From the human T2T-CHM13v2.0 reference genome, Homo sapiens, in the NCBI RefSeq assembly GCF_009914755.1, contig NC_060932.1: DNA of 64,000 nucleotides, one strand, 5' to 3'. Below, one piece after another: positions 16,703 through 30,683 of the stretch. A model generated the notes under the pieces. It saw nothing but the letters and a program-made list of their open reading frames with translations, ran no database searches and was not told the DNA's origin. Every line of letters begins with the position of its first letter. Position 1 is the stretch's first letter. A program made the position numbers and the translations under genes.

Positions 16703-17716
16703 TTACATTTTGGCATGATTTTGCAGTGGCTGGTGCCGGTTGTTCCTTTCCATGTGTAGTGCTTCCTTCAGGAGCTCTTTTAGGGCAGGCCTCGTGGTGA
16801 CAAAATCTCTCAGCGTTTGCTTGTCTGTGAAGTATTTTATTTCTCCTTCACTTATGAAGCTTAGTTTGGCTGGATATGAAATTCTGGGATGAAAATTCTT
16901 TTCTTTAAGAATGTTGAATATTGGCCCCCACTCTCTTCTGGCTTGTAGGGTTTCTGCTGAGAGATCCGCTGTTAGTCTGATGGGCTTCCCTTTGAGGGTA
17001 ACCCGACCTTTCTCTCTGGCTGCCCTTAACATTTTTTCCTTCATTTCTACTTTGGTGAATCTGACAATTGTGTTCTTGGAGTTGCTCTTCTTGAGGAGTA
17101 TCTTTGTGTCGTTCTCTGTTTTTCCTGAATCTGAACGTTGGCCTGCCTTGCTAGATCGGGGAAATTCTCCTGGATAATATCCTGCAGAGTGTTTTCCAAC
17201 TTGGTTCCATTCTCCCCATCACTTTCAGGTACACCAATCAGACGTAGATTTGGTCTTTTCACATAGTCCCATATTTCTTGGAGGCTTTGCTCATTTCTTT
17301 TTATTCTTTTTTCTCTAAACTTCCCTTCTCACTTCATTTCATTCATTTCATCTTCCATTGCTGATACCCTTTCTTCCAGTTGATCGCATCGGCTCCTGAG
17401 GCTTCTGCATTCTTCACGTAGTTCTCGAGCCTTGGTTTTCAGCTCCATCAGCTCCTTTAAGCACTTCTCTGTATTGGTTATTCTAGTTATACATTCTTCT
17501 AAATTTTTTTCAAAGTTTTCAACTTCTTTGCCTTTGGTCTGAATGTCCTCCCATAGCTCAGAGTAATTTGATCGTCTGAAGCCTTCTTCTCTCAGCTCGT
17601 CAAAGTCATTCTCCATCCAGCTTTGTTCCGTTGCTGGTGAGGAACTGCATTCCTTTGGAGGAGGAGAGGCGCTCTGCTTTTTAATTTCCAGTTTTTCTGT
17701 TCTGTTTTTTCCCCAT
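16703..17716 (-). pseudogene. L1 ORF1 (disrupted)
   Basis: ATG at 17714-17716 and TAA at 16703-16705; 1014 nt versus ~1017 consensus; broken into fragments 17329-17616, 17047-17262 and 16703-17044 by small deletions and a TGA. Confidence 0.9.
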
Positions 17717-18617
17717 CTTTGTGGTTTTATCTACTTTTGGTCTTTGATGATGGTGATGTACAGATGGGTTTTTGGTGTGGATGTCCTTTCTGTTTGTTAG
17801 TTTTCCTTCTAACAGACAGGACCCTCAGCTGCAGGTCTGTTGGAGTACTGGGCCCTGTGAGGTGTCAATCTGCCCCTGCTGGGGGGTGCCTCCCAGTTAG
17901 GCTGCTCGGGGGTCAGGGACCCACTTGAGGAGGCAGTCTGCCCGTTCTCAGATCTCCAGCTGCGTACTGGGAGAACCACTGCTCTCTTCAAAGCTGTCAG
18001 ACAGGGACATTTAAGTCTGCAGAGGTTACTGCTGTCTTTTTGTTTGTCTGTGCCCTGCCCCCAGAGGTGGAGCCTACAGAGGCAGGCAGGCCTCCTTGAG
18101 CTGTGGTGGGCTCCACCCAGTTCGAGCTTCCCGCTGCTTTGTTTACCTAAGCAAGCCTGGGCAATGGTGGGCGCCCCTCCCCCAGCCTCGCTGCCGCCTT
18201 GCAGTTTGATCTCAGACTGCTGTGCTAGCAATCAGCGAGACTCCGTGGGCGTAGGACCCTCTGAGCCATGTGCAGGATATAATCTCATGGTGCGCCGTTT
18301 TTTAAGCCCTTCAGAAAAGCGCAGTATTCGGGTGGGAGTGACCCGATTTTCCAGGTGCCGTCCGTCACCCCTTTCTTTGACTGGGAAAGGGAACTCCCTG
18401 ATCCGTTGCACTTCCCAAGTGAGGCAATGCCTCGCCCTGCTTTGGCTCGCGCACGGTGCACGCACCCACTGACCTGCGCCCACTGTCTGGCACTCCCTAG
18501 TGAGATGAACCTGGTACCTCAGATGGAAATGCAGAAATCACCCTTCTTCTGCGTTGCTCACGCTGGGAGCTGTAGACCGGAGCTGTTCCTATTCGGCCAT
18601 CTTGGCTCCTCCCTCCC
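17717..18617. promoter_or_regulatory. L1 5' UTR: sense promoter (minus strand) and antisense promoter (plus strand); CpG-rich, YY1 site intact
   Basis: ggccatcttg (YY1 motif, reverse of caagatggcc) at 18595-18604; many CpGs retained. Promoter roles are established knowledge for L1PA 5' UTRs; activity of this copy is untested. Confidence 0.75.
18164..18472 (+). CDS. L1 ORF0 (antisense ORF of primate L1 5' UTR), 102-aa open frame; expression unproven
   Basis: gcaATGg context; MVGAPPPASLPPCSLISDCCASNQRDSVGVGPSEP...VTRFSRC matches recalled ORF0; internal donor ccag|gtgccg at 18354/18355. Confidence 0.65.
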   Translation: MVGAPPPASLPPCSLISDCCASNQRDSVGVGPSEPCAGYNLMVRRFLSPSEKRSIRVGVTRFSRCRPSPLSLTGKGNSLIRCTSQVRQCLALLWLAHGARTH

Positions 18618-21600
18618 ATTTTTTGACTTTTTAATAATATCTATCTGACTGGTGTGAGATGGTATCTCATTTTGGTTTTGATTTGCGTTTTTCTAATGAT
18701 TAGTGATGTTGAGCATTTTTTCATATGCTTGTTGGCCACATGTATGTCTTGTTTTGAAAAGTGCCGGTTCATGTCTTTTACCCACTTTTTAATGGAATTG
18801 TTTGTTTTTTGCTTGTAGATTTGTCTAAGTTTTTTATAGGTGCTGAATATTAGAGCTTCGTTGGATGTATAGTTTGGAAATATTTTCTCCCATTCTGTAG
18901 GTTGTCTGTTCACTTTGTTGATAATTTCTTTTGCTGTACAGAACCTCTTTAGTTTAATTAAGTTCTATTTGCCAATGTTTGTTTTTGTTGCAATTGCTGT
19001 TGGCATCTTTGTCATGAAGTCTTGCTAGGTCCTATATTAAGAATGGTCTTTCCTAGACTATCTTCCAGAGTTTTATAGTTTCAGGCTTTACATTTGACTC
19101 TTTAATCCATCTTGAGTTCCTGTTTGGATATGGTATAAAGAAGGGGTCCAGCTTCAATTTTCTGCAAACACTATAGTCAGTTATCCCAGCACTCTTTATT
19201 AATTAGGAAGTCCTTTATTGCTTGTTTTTGTCAGCTTTGTCCAAGATCAGATGGTTGTAGGTGTGTGGCATTATCTCTGTTCCATTGGCCTATGTGTCTT
19301 TGTAACCGTTCCATGCTGTTTGATTATGGTAGCCTTGTATAGTTTGAAGTTGGGTAATGTGTTGCTTTCAGTTTTGTTCTTTCTGCTTAGGATTGCCGTG
19401 GCTATTTCTGCTCTTTTTTGCTTCTGTATGAATTTTTAAATAGTTTTTTTCTAATTCTGTGAAGTATGTCATTGGTAGTTTGATAAGAATAGCAGTGAAT
19501 CTGTAAATTGCTTTGGACAGTATAGCCATTTTAATGATATTGATTATTCCCATCCATGAGTACGGAATGCCTTTCTATTTGGTTATGTCATCTCTGATTT
19601 CTTTGAGTGGTGTTTTGTAATTCTCATTGTAGAGATCTTTCACTTCCTTCATTAGCTGTATTCCTAGGCATTTTCTTCATTTTGTGGCAGTTGCGAATGG
19701 AACTGCATTCTTAATTTGGCTCTCTGCTTGGACATTGTTGGTGTATAGGAATGCCACTGGTTTTTGTACATTGATTTTGTATTCTGAAACCTTGCTGAAG
19801 TTGTTTATCAGACCAAGGTGCTTTTGGGGATAGAGTGGGAGGTTTTATAGATATAGAACTATGTCATATGCAAAGGGGATAGTTTGACTTTCTGTCTTCC
19901 TATTTGGATGCCTTTTATTTCTTTTTCATGTCTCATTGCTCTGGTCAGGACTTCCAATACTTTGTTGAATAGGAGTGGTGATAGAGGGCATCCCTGTCTT
20001 ATTCTGATTTTCAAGGGGAATGCCTCCAGCTTTTGCTCATTCAGTATGACGTTGGCTGTGGTTTTGTCATAGATGGTTCTTATTATTTTGACGTATGTTC
20101 CTTCAGTGCCTACTTTATTGCAGGTTTTTAACATGAAGGGATGTTGAATTTTATCAAAAACCTTTCCTGCCTCTATTGCGATAATGATGTGCTTTGTTTA
20201 TAGTCCTGTTTATGTGATGAATCATATTGATTGATTTGCATTTGTATAGCCAGTCTTGCATCCCACGGCTAAAACCAATTTGATTGTGGTGGAGTAGCTT
20301 TTGGATGTGCTGCTGGATTTGATTTGCTAATATTTTGTTGAAGAGTTTTACATCTATGTACATCAAAGATATTGGCTGGAAATTTTCTTTTGTCATGTGT
20401 CTGCCATGTTTTGGTATCAGGATAATGCTGGCCTCATAGAATGAGTTCGAGAGGAGTTCATTCACAATTTTCGGGAATAGTTTCAATAGGAATGGTATCA
20501 ACTCTTTTCTATACATCTGGTAGAATTCAGGCGTGAATCCTTCTGGGCCTGGGCTTCTTTGAGCTGGTAGGATTTTTATTACTGATTCAATTATCGAACT
20601 CATTATCGGCCTGTTCAGGGATTCAATTTCTTCCTGGTTCAGTCTTGGGAGGTTGTATGTTTTTAGGAATTTATTCATTTCTTCTAGATTTTCTAGTTTG
20701 TGTGCATAGAGGTGTTTGTAGTAGTAGTCCCTGAGGGTTTTTTGTTTTGTTTTGTTTTGTATTTCTATGGGGTTAGTGGTCATTTACCCTTTGTCATTTC
20801 TAATTGTGTTTATTTCATTCCCCTGTTTTAAAACTTTTTGTTGTTTCTCTTTATGTCTTATTATACTATGTCTTGATAGATTATTGTTATGATTATTATT
20901 TTCATGGTTCATCACTTAGTCTTTCTTCTTAAGAGGAGTTGAGATACAGCAGTTGCAGTGTTTTAATATTTTGTTTTTTTCTGCATGCTTAGTGAGTTTT
21001 GTGTTTTCAGATGATTTCTTCTTGCCCATTAACATTTGTGTTTTTCAGATTCAAGAAAACCCTTTAGCATTTCTTATAGGATAGGTCTAGTGTTGATGCA
21101 TCCCTCAGCCTTTGTTTGTGTTGGGAGGAATTTTTTTTTTTTTGCCAGATGTAGTATTTTAGGGTAAACGTTTTTTCCTTTAGCTATTTAAATATGTCAT
21201 GCCACTCTCTCCTGGCCTGTGAAAAGTCAGCCACCAGACATATTGGAGCTACATTGTATGTTATTTGTTACTTTTTTTTTTCCTGCTTTTAGGATCCTTT
21301 CTTTATCCTTTAGCTGTGGGAGTTTGCTTATTTAAATGCCTTGACATCGCCTTCTTTGGGTTAAATCTGCTTGGTGTTCTATAGCCTTCTTGTACTTGAA
21401 TGCTCATATCTTTCTCTAAGTTTGGGTAGTTCTCTGATATTATCCTTTTCAATAAACTTTCTATCTATATCTCTTTCTCTACCTCTTCTTTAAGGCCAAT
21501 GATTCTTAGATTTGCCCTTTTCAGTCTATTTTCTAGATCTTGTAGGCATACTTCATTGTTTTTTATTTTTTTTCTCTTTTGTCTTCTCTGAGCATGTATT

Positions 21601-22128
21601 TTCAAATAGCTGTCTTCAAGGTCAGTCATTCTCTTTTCTGCCTGATCAGTTCTGCTACTGAGAGACTCTAATGCATTCTTCAGCATGTCAGTTGCATTTT
21701 TGTAACTCTAGAATTTCTGCTTGATTTTTTAAAATTATTTTAATCTCTTTGTTGAATTTATCTGATAGAATTTTGAATTCCTTCCCTGTGTTATCTTGAA
21801 TTTCTTTGAGTTTTCTTAAAATAGCTATATTGAATTCTCTGTCTGACAGGTCACATGTCTCTCTATTTTCAGGATTGGGCCCTGGTGCCTTATTTAGCTT
21901 GTTTGGTGAGGTTATGTTTTTCTGGATGGTTTTGATGCTTGTAGATGTTTGTTGGTCTCTGGGCATTGAAGAGTTAGGTATTTATTGTAGTCTTCACAGT
22001 CTGGGCTTGTTTCTACCTGTCTTTCTTGAGAAGGTGTTTCAGGTATTTGAATGGACATGGGTCTTAGGCCCAATACCACCGTGGTTCTTGCAGACTCATA
22101 CAGGTACCACTTTGGTGGCCTTGTATAA

Positions 22129-22465
<337 letters not shown>

Positions 22466-24699
22466 AAGACTCTTGTTCTTTTACCTTACTTTCTTCCAGA
22501 CAAATGGAGTCTCTCTCTGTGCTGAGCCACCTGGAACTGGGTTGTGTGTTGATGCAAGCACTCTTGTGGCTACGACCACTGATACTGCTTTGGGTCAGAC
22601 CTGAAGCCAACAGAGCATTGGGTCTTACTTAAGTCCCTGGTTACCACCTATGTGTACTCAAACCCCTAGGGCTCTACAATTAGCAGATGGTAAAGGCAGA
22701 CAGGTTTGGGTCCTTTCCTTCAGGGTGGTGCATTTTCCCAGGCCCTGGTTGAGTCCAGAGATGCTTTCTTGGAGCTAGGATTTGGAGTCAAAAACCTTAG
22801 GAATTTGTCTGATGTTGTATTCTACTGTGGCTAAGGTGACACTTAAACCACAATATAAAGTCCTTTTCACTCTCCCATCTCCCTTCAATGGGCAGAGGAG
22901 TCTATCCCTGTGGGCACACTAACCCTAGCCCACTGAGGTGGTAGGGAAGATTCTGCCAGGCCATCACTGATGTTCACTTAACGCCCAAGGGCTCTTCCAT
23001 AAAATTGTGGTGAATGCTTCCATGTGTGAGACTCACCCTTCAGGGCAGTGGGCTCCCCTCTGGCCTAGGGCAGGTCCAGAAATTCTCTCCAAGAGCCTAA
23101 GCCTGGGCTCAGGGACCTCATGAACCTACTTATTGCTCTACCCCACTGTGCCTGGACTGGTACCTAAGATGCAAGACATAGTTTCCTTTAGGTCTCCCTC
23201 TAATTTTATCAAACAGAAGTATTTCACTATAGCCACCGCAGCTGGGAATGTCCTATAGTCAGTGCGTCTCAGACCCCAAGGCCCATGGCATACTACCTGG
23301 GTATCACTGCTGGTTATTCCGGGACCAAGGGCTCCTTAAGAGTCAGCACGTGATTAATCCTGCCAAAGCTAGTACTGGATTCTTCCTTCAAGACACACTC
23401 ATGGTCCTGGGTGTGTCTAGAAATGTTGCCTGGGAGCTAGGGTCAGGAATGGGGGCCTCATGACTCTTTTCAGTGCCCTGTCCTGCTGTGGCTGAGTAGG
23501 TATGTATTCAAGGTTCAAGACAAATTTCTTTTTACTTTTCTCTCTCTGCCTGTTAAGCATCAGGAAGGAAACACTTTTATTACCGTGTTGGGTGTTCAGG
23601 AAGGGATGGTGCAAGCACTACTTTAACCACCCCGGCTGGTGTCTCCATAGGTCACATGCCTCCTTAGTCCTCTGGCTCTGAGCCCATCCCAGCACTAGAA
23701 GTTGCCTAGGAATTGCAGTCCTTGTGTCCTAGACTGTCTTTTCAGCTTATTTAGGATCCTAGAGTACTTCTGCCTGTGGTAAGTCTTGCCAAGAAACTTG
23801 AGTTCTGACCACTGGGTTGGGCAATTTCCCCCTGGCCAGGTCTGGTCCGTTTGCTCTCTCCATGCATGGGCACTGGCGGAGCCCAGCACAGCTTTGCTCT
23901 CCACTATGATGGGGCAATACTGAGATCTGTGTAATGTCCCCCAGTCACTATGCTCTCCCTTCCCTAAGTGCACAGACTCTGTGCTGCATGGCCTTTGCTA
24001 GTGCATTGGAGAGGTGTGGCACTGGCTATTTAAGACTGTCTCTTTGATCCTTCTCATGCCCCTTTTAATGATTCAAAGTTAAAGCCAGTTACTGTGATTG
24101 CTCACTAGATTTTTGGTTATTGAGATAGTGCTTTTGTGTGTGCCGATCATTGTTGGAATTTGGTATTCATGCAGGGCAACAAATGGCATAGTCTTCTGTT
24201 CTGCCATCTTGCTCCGCCTTCCTCCAGAGCTTGTATTCTCAAATCGTGGTGAGTACAGCAACCCTCCTTTCTACTCAAGTTTCCAAAATTAATCTTTATA
24301 ATGAAAGTGATCATCACAAAGGAGTATATCTTAGTATATCTTTCTACCTCCATAAAAAGATTGAATATTATGCTTGTAACAGTTGCAGAAGTCGCATGAA
24401 ATTAACAGCTATGTCATATTTCTATTAATACATGTTTCGGGACAGTGCTGTTGAGGACATTACCTAATATGATGTTCACTGCCCTTTATATGAAGATTTT
24501 TGTGACACATTTCTAACACATATTAAACTTTTGACTTTACAGTTGAATTGGCATTTATTGGAGAAATTTCTATCTCATTACATTTCTCTGTTTCACATCC
24601 AATGCTAATTAGCTTTTATCTTTTAATTATGTTTATATTATATTATTTGCTCTTACTGGCTATAATTAGCATAATAAAGATCTTTTTAAAATGTACCCT

Positions 24700-27600
24700 T
24701 TACTGCTCTAAAATTGACCACATAATTGGACATAAAACAATCCTCAGCAAATGTAAAAGAACTGAAATAATACCAAGCACACTGTCAGACCATAGCGCAA
24801 TAAAAATAGAAGTCAAGACTATGAAAATCGCTCAAAACCTACATGGAAATTAAACAACATGCTCCTTCATGACTTCTGGGTAAATAATGAAATTAAGGCA
24901 GAAATCAGGAAGTTCTTTGAAAATAATGAGAACAAAGATACAACTTACCAGAGTCTCTGAGACACAGCTAAGACAGTGTTAAAAGGGAAATTCATAGCAC
25001 TAAATGCCGACATCAAAAAGTTAGAAAGATCTCACATTAACAACCTAATTTCACAACTGAAAGAATTAGAGAAGCAAGAACAAATCAACACCAAAGCTAG
25101 CAGAAGATGAGAAATAACAAAAATTAGAGATGAATTGAGGAAGAAAAGCAAGAGACAAAAAATCATTCAAAAGATCAACAAATTCAGGAGTTGATTTTTA
25201 AAAAGTTAATAAAATAGGCCACTAGCTAGACTAATAAGAAAAGAGAGAACATCCAAATAAACACAATTAGAAATGATGAAAGGAATGTTACTACTGACAC
25301 CACAGAAATAAAAACAACCATCAGAAACTACTACAAACACCTCTATGCACACGAACTAGAACGCTTAGAAGAGATGGATAAATTCCTGGACACATACACC
25401 CTCCGAAGACTGAGCCAGGAAGTAATTGATTCCCCAAACAGACCAATAATGAGCTCCAAAATTGAATCAGTAGTAAGTAGCCTGAAAACCAAAAACGCCC
25501 AACACCTGATGGATTCACAGCCAAATTCTACCAGATGTCCAAAAAAGATGTGGTACCATTCCTACAGAAACTATTTGAAAAAATCGAGGAGAAGGGACAT
25601 CTCCCAACTCATTCTATGAGGCCAGCATCATCTTGATACCAAAACCTGGAAGAGACATGATAAAAAAAAGAAAGCTTCAGGCCAAAATTGTTGATGAACA
25701 TTGATGTAAAAATCAACAAAATACTTGCAAACTGAATCCAGCAGAACAACAGAAGGCTAATCCATCATAATCAGGTAGGCTTCATCCCCAGGATGCCAGT
25801 TTGGTTCAATATGTAAAAATCAATAAATATGATTCATCACATAAGCTAAACTGAAGACAAAAAAACACATGATTGTCTCAATAGATGCAGAAAAGGCTTT
25901 TGATAAAATTCAACATTTTTTCATGTTACAAACTCTGAATAAACTAGGAAATGAAAGAACATAGTTCAAAATAATAATAGCCACCTGTGACAAACCCACA
26001 GCCAACATTATATTGAATGGACAAAAGCTGGAAGCATTCCCCTTGAAGACTGACACAAGGCAAGAATGCCCTCTCTCACCACTTCTATTCAACATAGTTT
26101 TGGAAGTCCTAGCCAGAGCAGTCAGGCAAGAGAAAGAAATAATGGGCATCCAGATGGGAAGACAGGAAGTCAAACTATCTCTATTTGCAGACAACATGAT
26201 TCTATATCTAGAAAACCCCATAGTCTAGGCCCAAAAGCTCCTTCAGCTGATAAACAACTTTAACAAAGTTGCAGGATACAAAGTCATTGTAAAAAAAAAT
26301 CACTAGTATTTCCATGCACCAACAATAACCAATCTGAGAGCCAAATCGGAAAGGCAATACCATTCACAATTGCCACACAAAAAATAAAATACCTAGGAAT
26401 ACAGATAACTAGGGAGGTAAAAGATCTCTACAATGAGAATTACAAAACTCTGCTCAAAGAAATCAGAGAAGACAAAAACAAATGGAAAAACATCCCATGT
26501 TCATGGATAGGAAGAATCGGTATCATTAAAATAGCTATACTCCCCAAAGCAATTTATTAATTTGGTGCTTTTCTTACCAAGCCACCAATGATATTCTTCA
26601 CAAACTAGAAAAATCTATTTTAAAATTCATGTGGAACCAAAAAGCCCAGATAGCGAAGGCAATCCTGAGTAAAAAGAACAAAGCTGGCAGCATCACGTTA
26701 CCCAACTTCAAACCATACTACAAGGCTACAGTAACCAACCAGCATGGTATGGATGTGAAAAGAGGCACATAGACCAATGAAACAGAATAGAGAGCCTAGA
26801 AATAGGGCCCCACATTTATAACCATCTGATCTTCAACAAAACTGACAAAAATGGGGAAAAGAATCCCTATTCAATAAATGGTGCTGGGTTAACTGGCTAG
26901 CCATATGCAGAAGATTGAAGCTGGACTCCTTCCTTATGCCATACCCAAAATTCAACTGAAGATGGATTAAAGACTTAAATGTGAAACCCAAAACTATAAA
27001 AACCCTGGAAGAAAACCTAGGCAATACCATTCTGGACACAGGAATGGGGAAAGATTCCATGACAAAGATACCAAAAGCAATCTCAACAAAAGCAGAAATT
27101 GACATGTGATCTAATTAAACTGAAGAGCTTCTGCACAGCCAAAGAAACTATCAACAGAGTAAACAGACAGCCTATAGAATGGGAGAAAATATTTGCAGAG
27201 TGTGCATCTGACGAAGTCTAATATTCATCATCTACAAGGAACTTTAACAAATTTATAAGAGAAAAACAAGCCCATTAAAAAGTGGGCAAAGAACATGATC
27301 AGACACTTCTCAAAAGAAGATGTATATGCGGTCAACAGGCATATGAAAAAAATTCAGTATTAGTGATCATTAGAGAAATGTAAATCAAAACCACAATGAC
27401 ATACCACCTCACACCAGTCAGAATGGCTGTTACTGAAAAGTCAAAAAATAGCAGATGCTGGCAGGGTTGCAGGGAAAATGGAAAACTTATAAAGTGTTGG
27501 TGGGAGTGTAAATTGGTTCAACCATTGTGGAAAGCAATATGGCAATTCCTCAAAGATTTAATAGCAGAAATACCATTTGACCCAGCAATCCCATAGGAAT

Positions 27601-27963
27601 ATAAATCATTTCACTGTAAAGACACAGGTATGCAAATGTTCATTGTAGCATTGTTCTCAATGGCAAAGACCATGGAATCAACCTGAATGCCCATCAGTGA
27701 CAGACTAGATAAAGAAAATGTGGTACACATACTCCATGGAATATTATGTAGCCATGAAAAATGAAGATCATATCTTTTGCAGGAGCATGGATGGAGCTGG
27801 AGGCTAAGTAACACAGGAACAGAAAGCCAAATACCACATATTCTCACTTATAAGAGAAAGCTAAATTATAACTTAATGAACACAAAGAAGGAAACAACAA
27901 ACACTAGGATCTACTTGAATGGGGAGGGTGGGAGGAGGGAAAGGAGCAGAAAAGATAGCTATT
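24700..27963 (+). mobile_element. L1PA12-14-like LINE fragment (ORF2 from late endonuclease to most of the 3' UTR), lacking the terminal 3' UTR and poly(A)
   Basis: ORF2-like peptides at 24700-24850 (SKIDHIIGHK...SDHSAIK), 25374, 26013 (LFADNM) and 27396; ends abruptly after ggagcagaaaagatagctatt. Confidence 0.88.
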
Positions 27964-28181
27964 ACAGAAACCCTCAGGAAATGGGTTGAGGAAGAACACA
28001 GTACAGCATATCATTAATTTGTAAATTGGCAGTACAGCCAGTGTATGCTGGAAAAGACACTAGAGTAGGGACAGGATTCAAAGAAGTTTCCTGAAGCTGG
28101 AGAGACCCAGACAGTTGCAAAAAAGGGAGAATCTGGTAGAATGAGAGGAAGGGAATTATTGTGTGAGACCATTTTCAAGGC

Positions 28182-28690
28182 TGTAATAACTATGACTTTT
28201 GTCTATCCATCCCATTTCCCACCCCTCTTCTTCTGATTCCTCTAGAGAAAGTATTCCCTGACTACATGTTTCCTTAGGGGCCTCTCAATGGTAGTATCCT
28301 GTCATCTTCACACAGATGAGTACTTCACCCAGATCATTCAGTTCACATGTACTGTCTTCCCAGCTGGGGGACTACTTTAAGAATGAACACATGACTCAAG
28401 TGGAGCAAATGAGAGTTTTCTCTGAGGGTAATGCAAGGATATTGGAAGACAAACCTATTTTCACTCGTGGTTGCTAAGCTTGAGAATTCAATTCAGGGAT
28501 ATTGACACCCATCTTGACTACCACATAGAAGGAACTTGTCTGTAGAACAGATAAAGAGAGGCAAAAAGGTAGAGAAATAAAAGTTGCTTGAATGACAATG
28601 TTTGAACTTCTAGATCCAGATATGCCTGAAGCCAATCCACTCCTGGATATGCTCCCCTATTACATGAGTCAATAACTTCACTTTTTGCTG
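28182..28690 (+). mobile_element. Old MaLR LTR (MLT1K/L-like)
   Basis: Motifs atgactcaagtggagcaaatgagagt, ctagatccagatatgcctgaagcca and tacatgagtcaataa are typical of old MLT1 LTRs. Confidence 0.6.
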
Positions 28691-30209
28691 AAAAAAAAAA
28701 AAAAAAAACCAATATGGAAAACAGTGAGTACTTGAAAAGAGAAAAAGCTCTCAAGTAACAAGAGAACCAAAACCAAGAGATATGGCAAGAAATATATGAA
28801 GTAAGAGTATCTTAGAAAAGTATCTTAGTAAAATTTATTAGTGTCTGTTCTGTAAAAACTATTTCAGAAAAAAAACAAAGTTGTATTTTTTAAAAACTAA
28901 GCTAAAATTCTAGATGATATCAACATTGTGGTTGAGGGAGAGTAGTTGTACATCAAAGAATCATGAAAATATACTTAAATATTTGTCTTATTAGAGAAAT
29001 TATGTAGATATTAACATATTTAAGAAGTAAAGATATATAAATAAATATTTGGAATATTGGGGAAATTCCCAATATTTGCATCTGAATTAAGGAAAAATAT
29101 TCTGAGAACAAAATCAAAATCAAACTTTTAAGCAGCAGAAAAAAATCTTCTGCATTCAAGGTTGGTAAACAGTGGGGAAGAAAAGAAAGAGCAGTAAAAT
29201 AAATCAGAACTACAAAAAGGAGGCAGGAGAAGAAAACAGATCACATAGAGAAAGACTTCTACTCTCTGTGTAAATGTAAACCTAAATGAAATAACACAGA
29301 ACAAAGACCAACCATTTTCTCGCTTCCTTCACCTCTACCATCAGTACTCAAAGCTACCACTACTACTGCTTGCACACAGGATTCTCCCTTTAATCCGCAT
29401 TTTGGCTACTCTACTTTTATAACAGTTCCTAGAAAAGGCTATGTATTTTTCTGCTACAAGATGTATGTACATAGCTGGAAATACTCAAAGGGAAAATATG
29501 AACATGTCTATGAAACAAACACATAATTTTCTGTATGATGCCAAATATTTTAACATCTATATACATCTATAAATGGACTTATTTTTGCATTTTACCTATA
29601 ACAAACAGACTAGTGTTTTAGAAACTATTGCTCCTAAGCTCTAGCTGTCACCACCCTTGCCTATGACAATGAGCCACTATACTTATGAATAATAAGGTAA
29701 CATTTGTCAAACTGTTGGCTAATAAAGTGGTTGTCAATGAATGCTGAAATAATTTCCATATTAAAAGTAGTCAATAAATGTTACAATAATCTATCCAGGT
29801 TGTATACATGGCAACTTTTCAATGTGAAATTGTTTTTCCTCTGACACCAAAGATGTTCCTTCACTGCTAGATGATATTTGCTCAGGGAATACAAGCTTAA
29901 ATTTTTTTTCTAAGTTAAACATATATATGACAATAAACTCATAATGAAAACTCAACACCAAATTACTTTTAATTCTTGTTTTTTTTCAATATGAACAACT
30001 AAATGTTGACCGCATCATTTAAAAGCTATAATTTAAAAAAAAATGCCTAAATTTCTATGACTACTTACTCAAGCTTATCATTATTAGTTTGGGGTGAAAA
30101 CCTGTTTTTTATCCATCATCTGAGGGAAAAATGAAAGCAACCGATTAATGTAAACAGCTGGAATTCCAAAACATTAATTTTGTGTAAGATAGCTGAGTGC
30201 AAAGAGAAT

Positions 30210-30407
30210 GGGCAAAGGAGAATTTAGACAGACCTAGTCCCGATTCTTAGTTACATTGTTTGGTATTCATGTGATCATCAGGAACTTTATTTCATTGAGT
30301 TTCTGTTTATAATTAATAAAATTGTGATAATACCAGATAAAGGATATTAAGTGGATTAAATAATTTATGTAGAAAGTGCCTGGCATATAGTGGTTACTCA
30401 GTAAATA
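30210..30407 (+). mobile_element. MIR SINE
   Basis: Degenerate core, ending gtgcctggcatatagtggttactcagtaaata. Confidence 0.6.
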
Positions 30408-30683
30408 AGAACACCCTTTTCAAAACTAAATTTTCTTTTCAAAATTTAAAAAATTGTCCTTTTAAGTATTTACTGTGAACATATTATCCTAAGGGAGAAG
30501 AATAGGTGGATAGAACAAAGATGTGGGAAGGAAAATTTCACTGCATACTTTTTGTAACTTTTGAACTATGTGACTATATTATATATTTGAAACTAAATAA
30601 ATGAAATTTAAATAAAAATAATAAAACAGTAAATTGAAAAACATAGCCAAATAAATATTACACATGATGTCCTAATAATTTTA

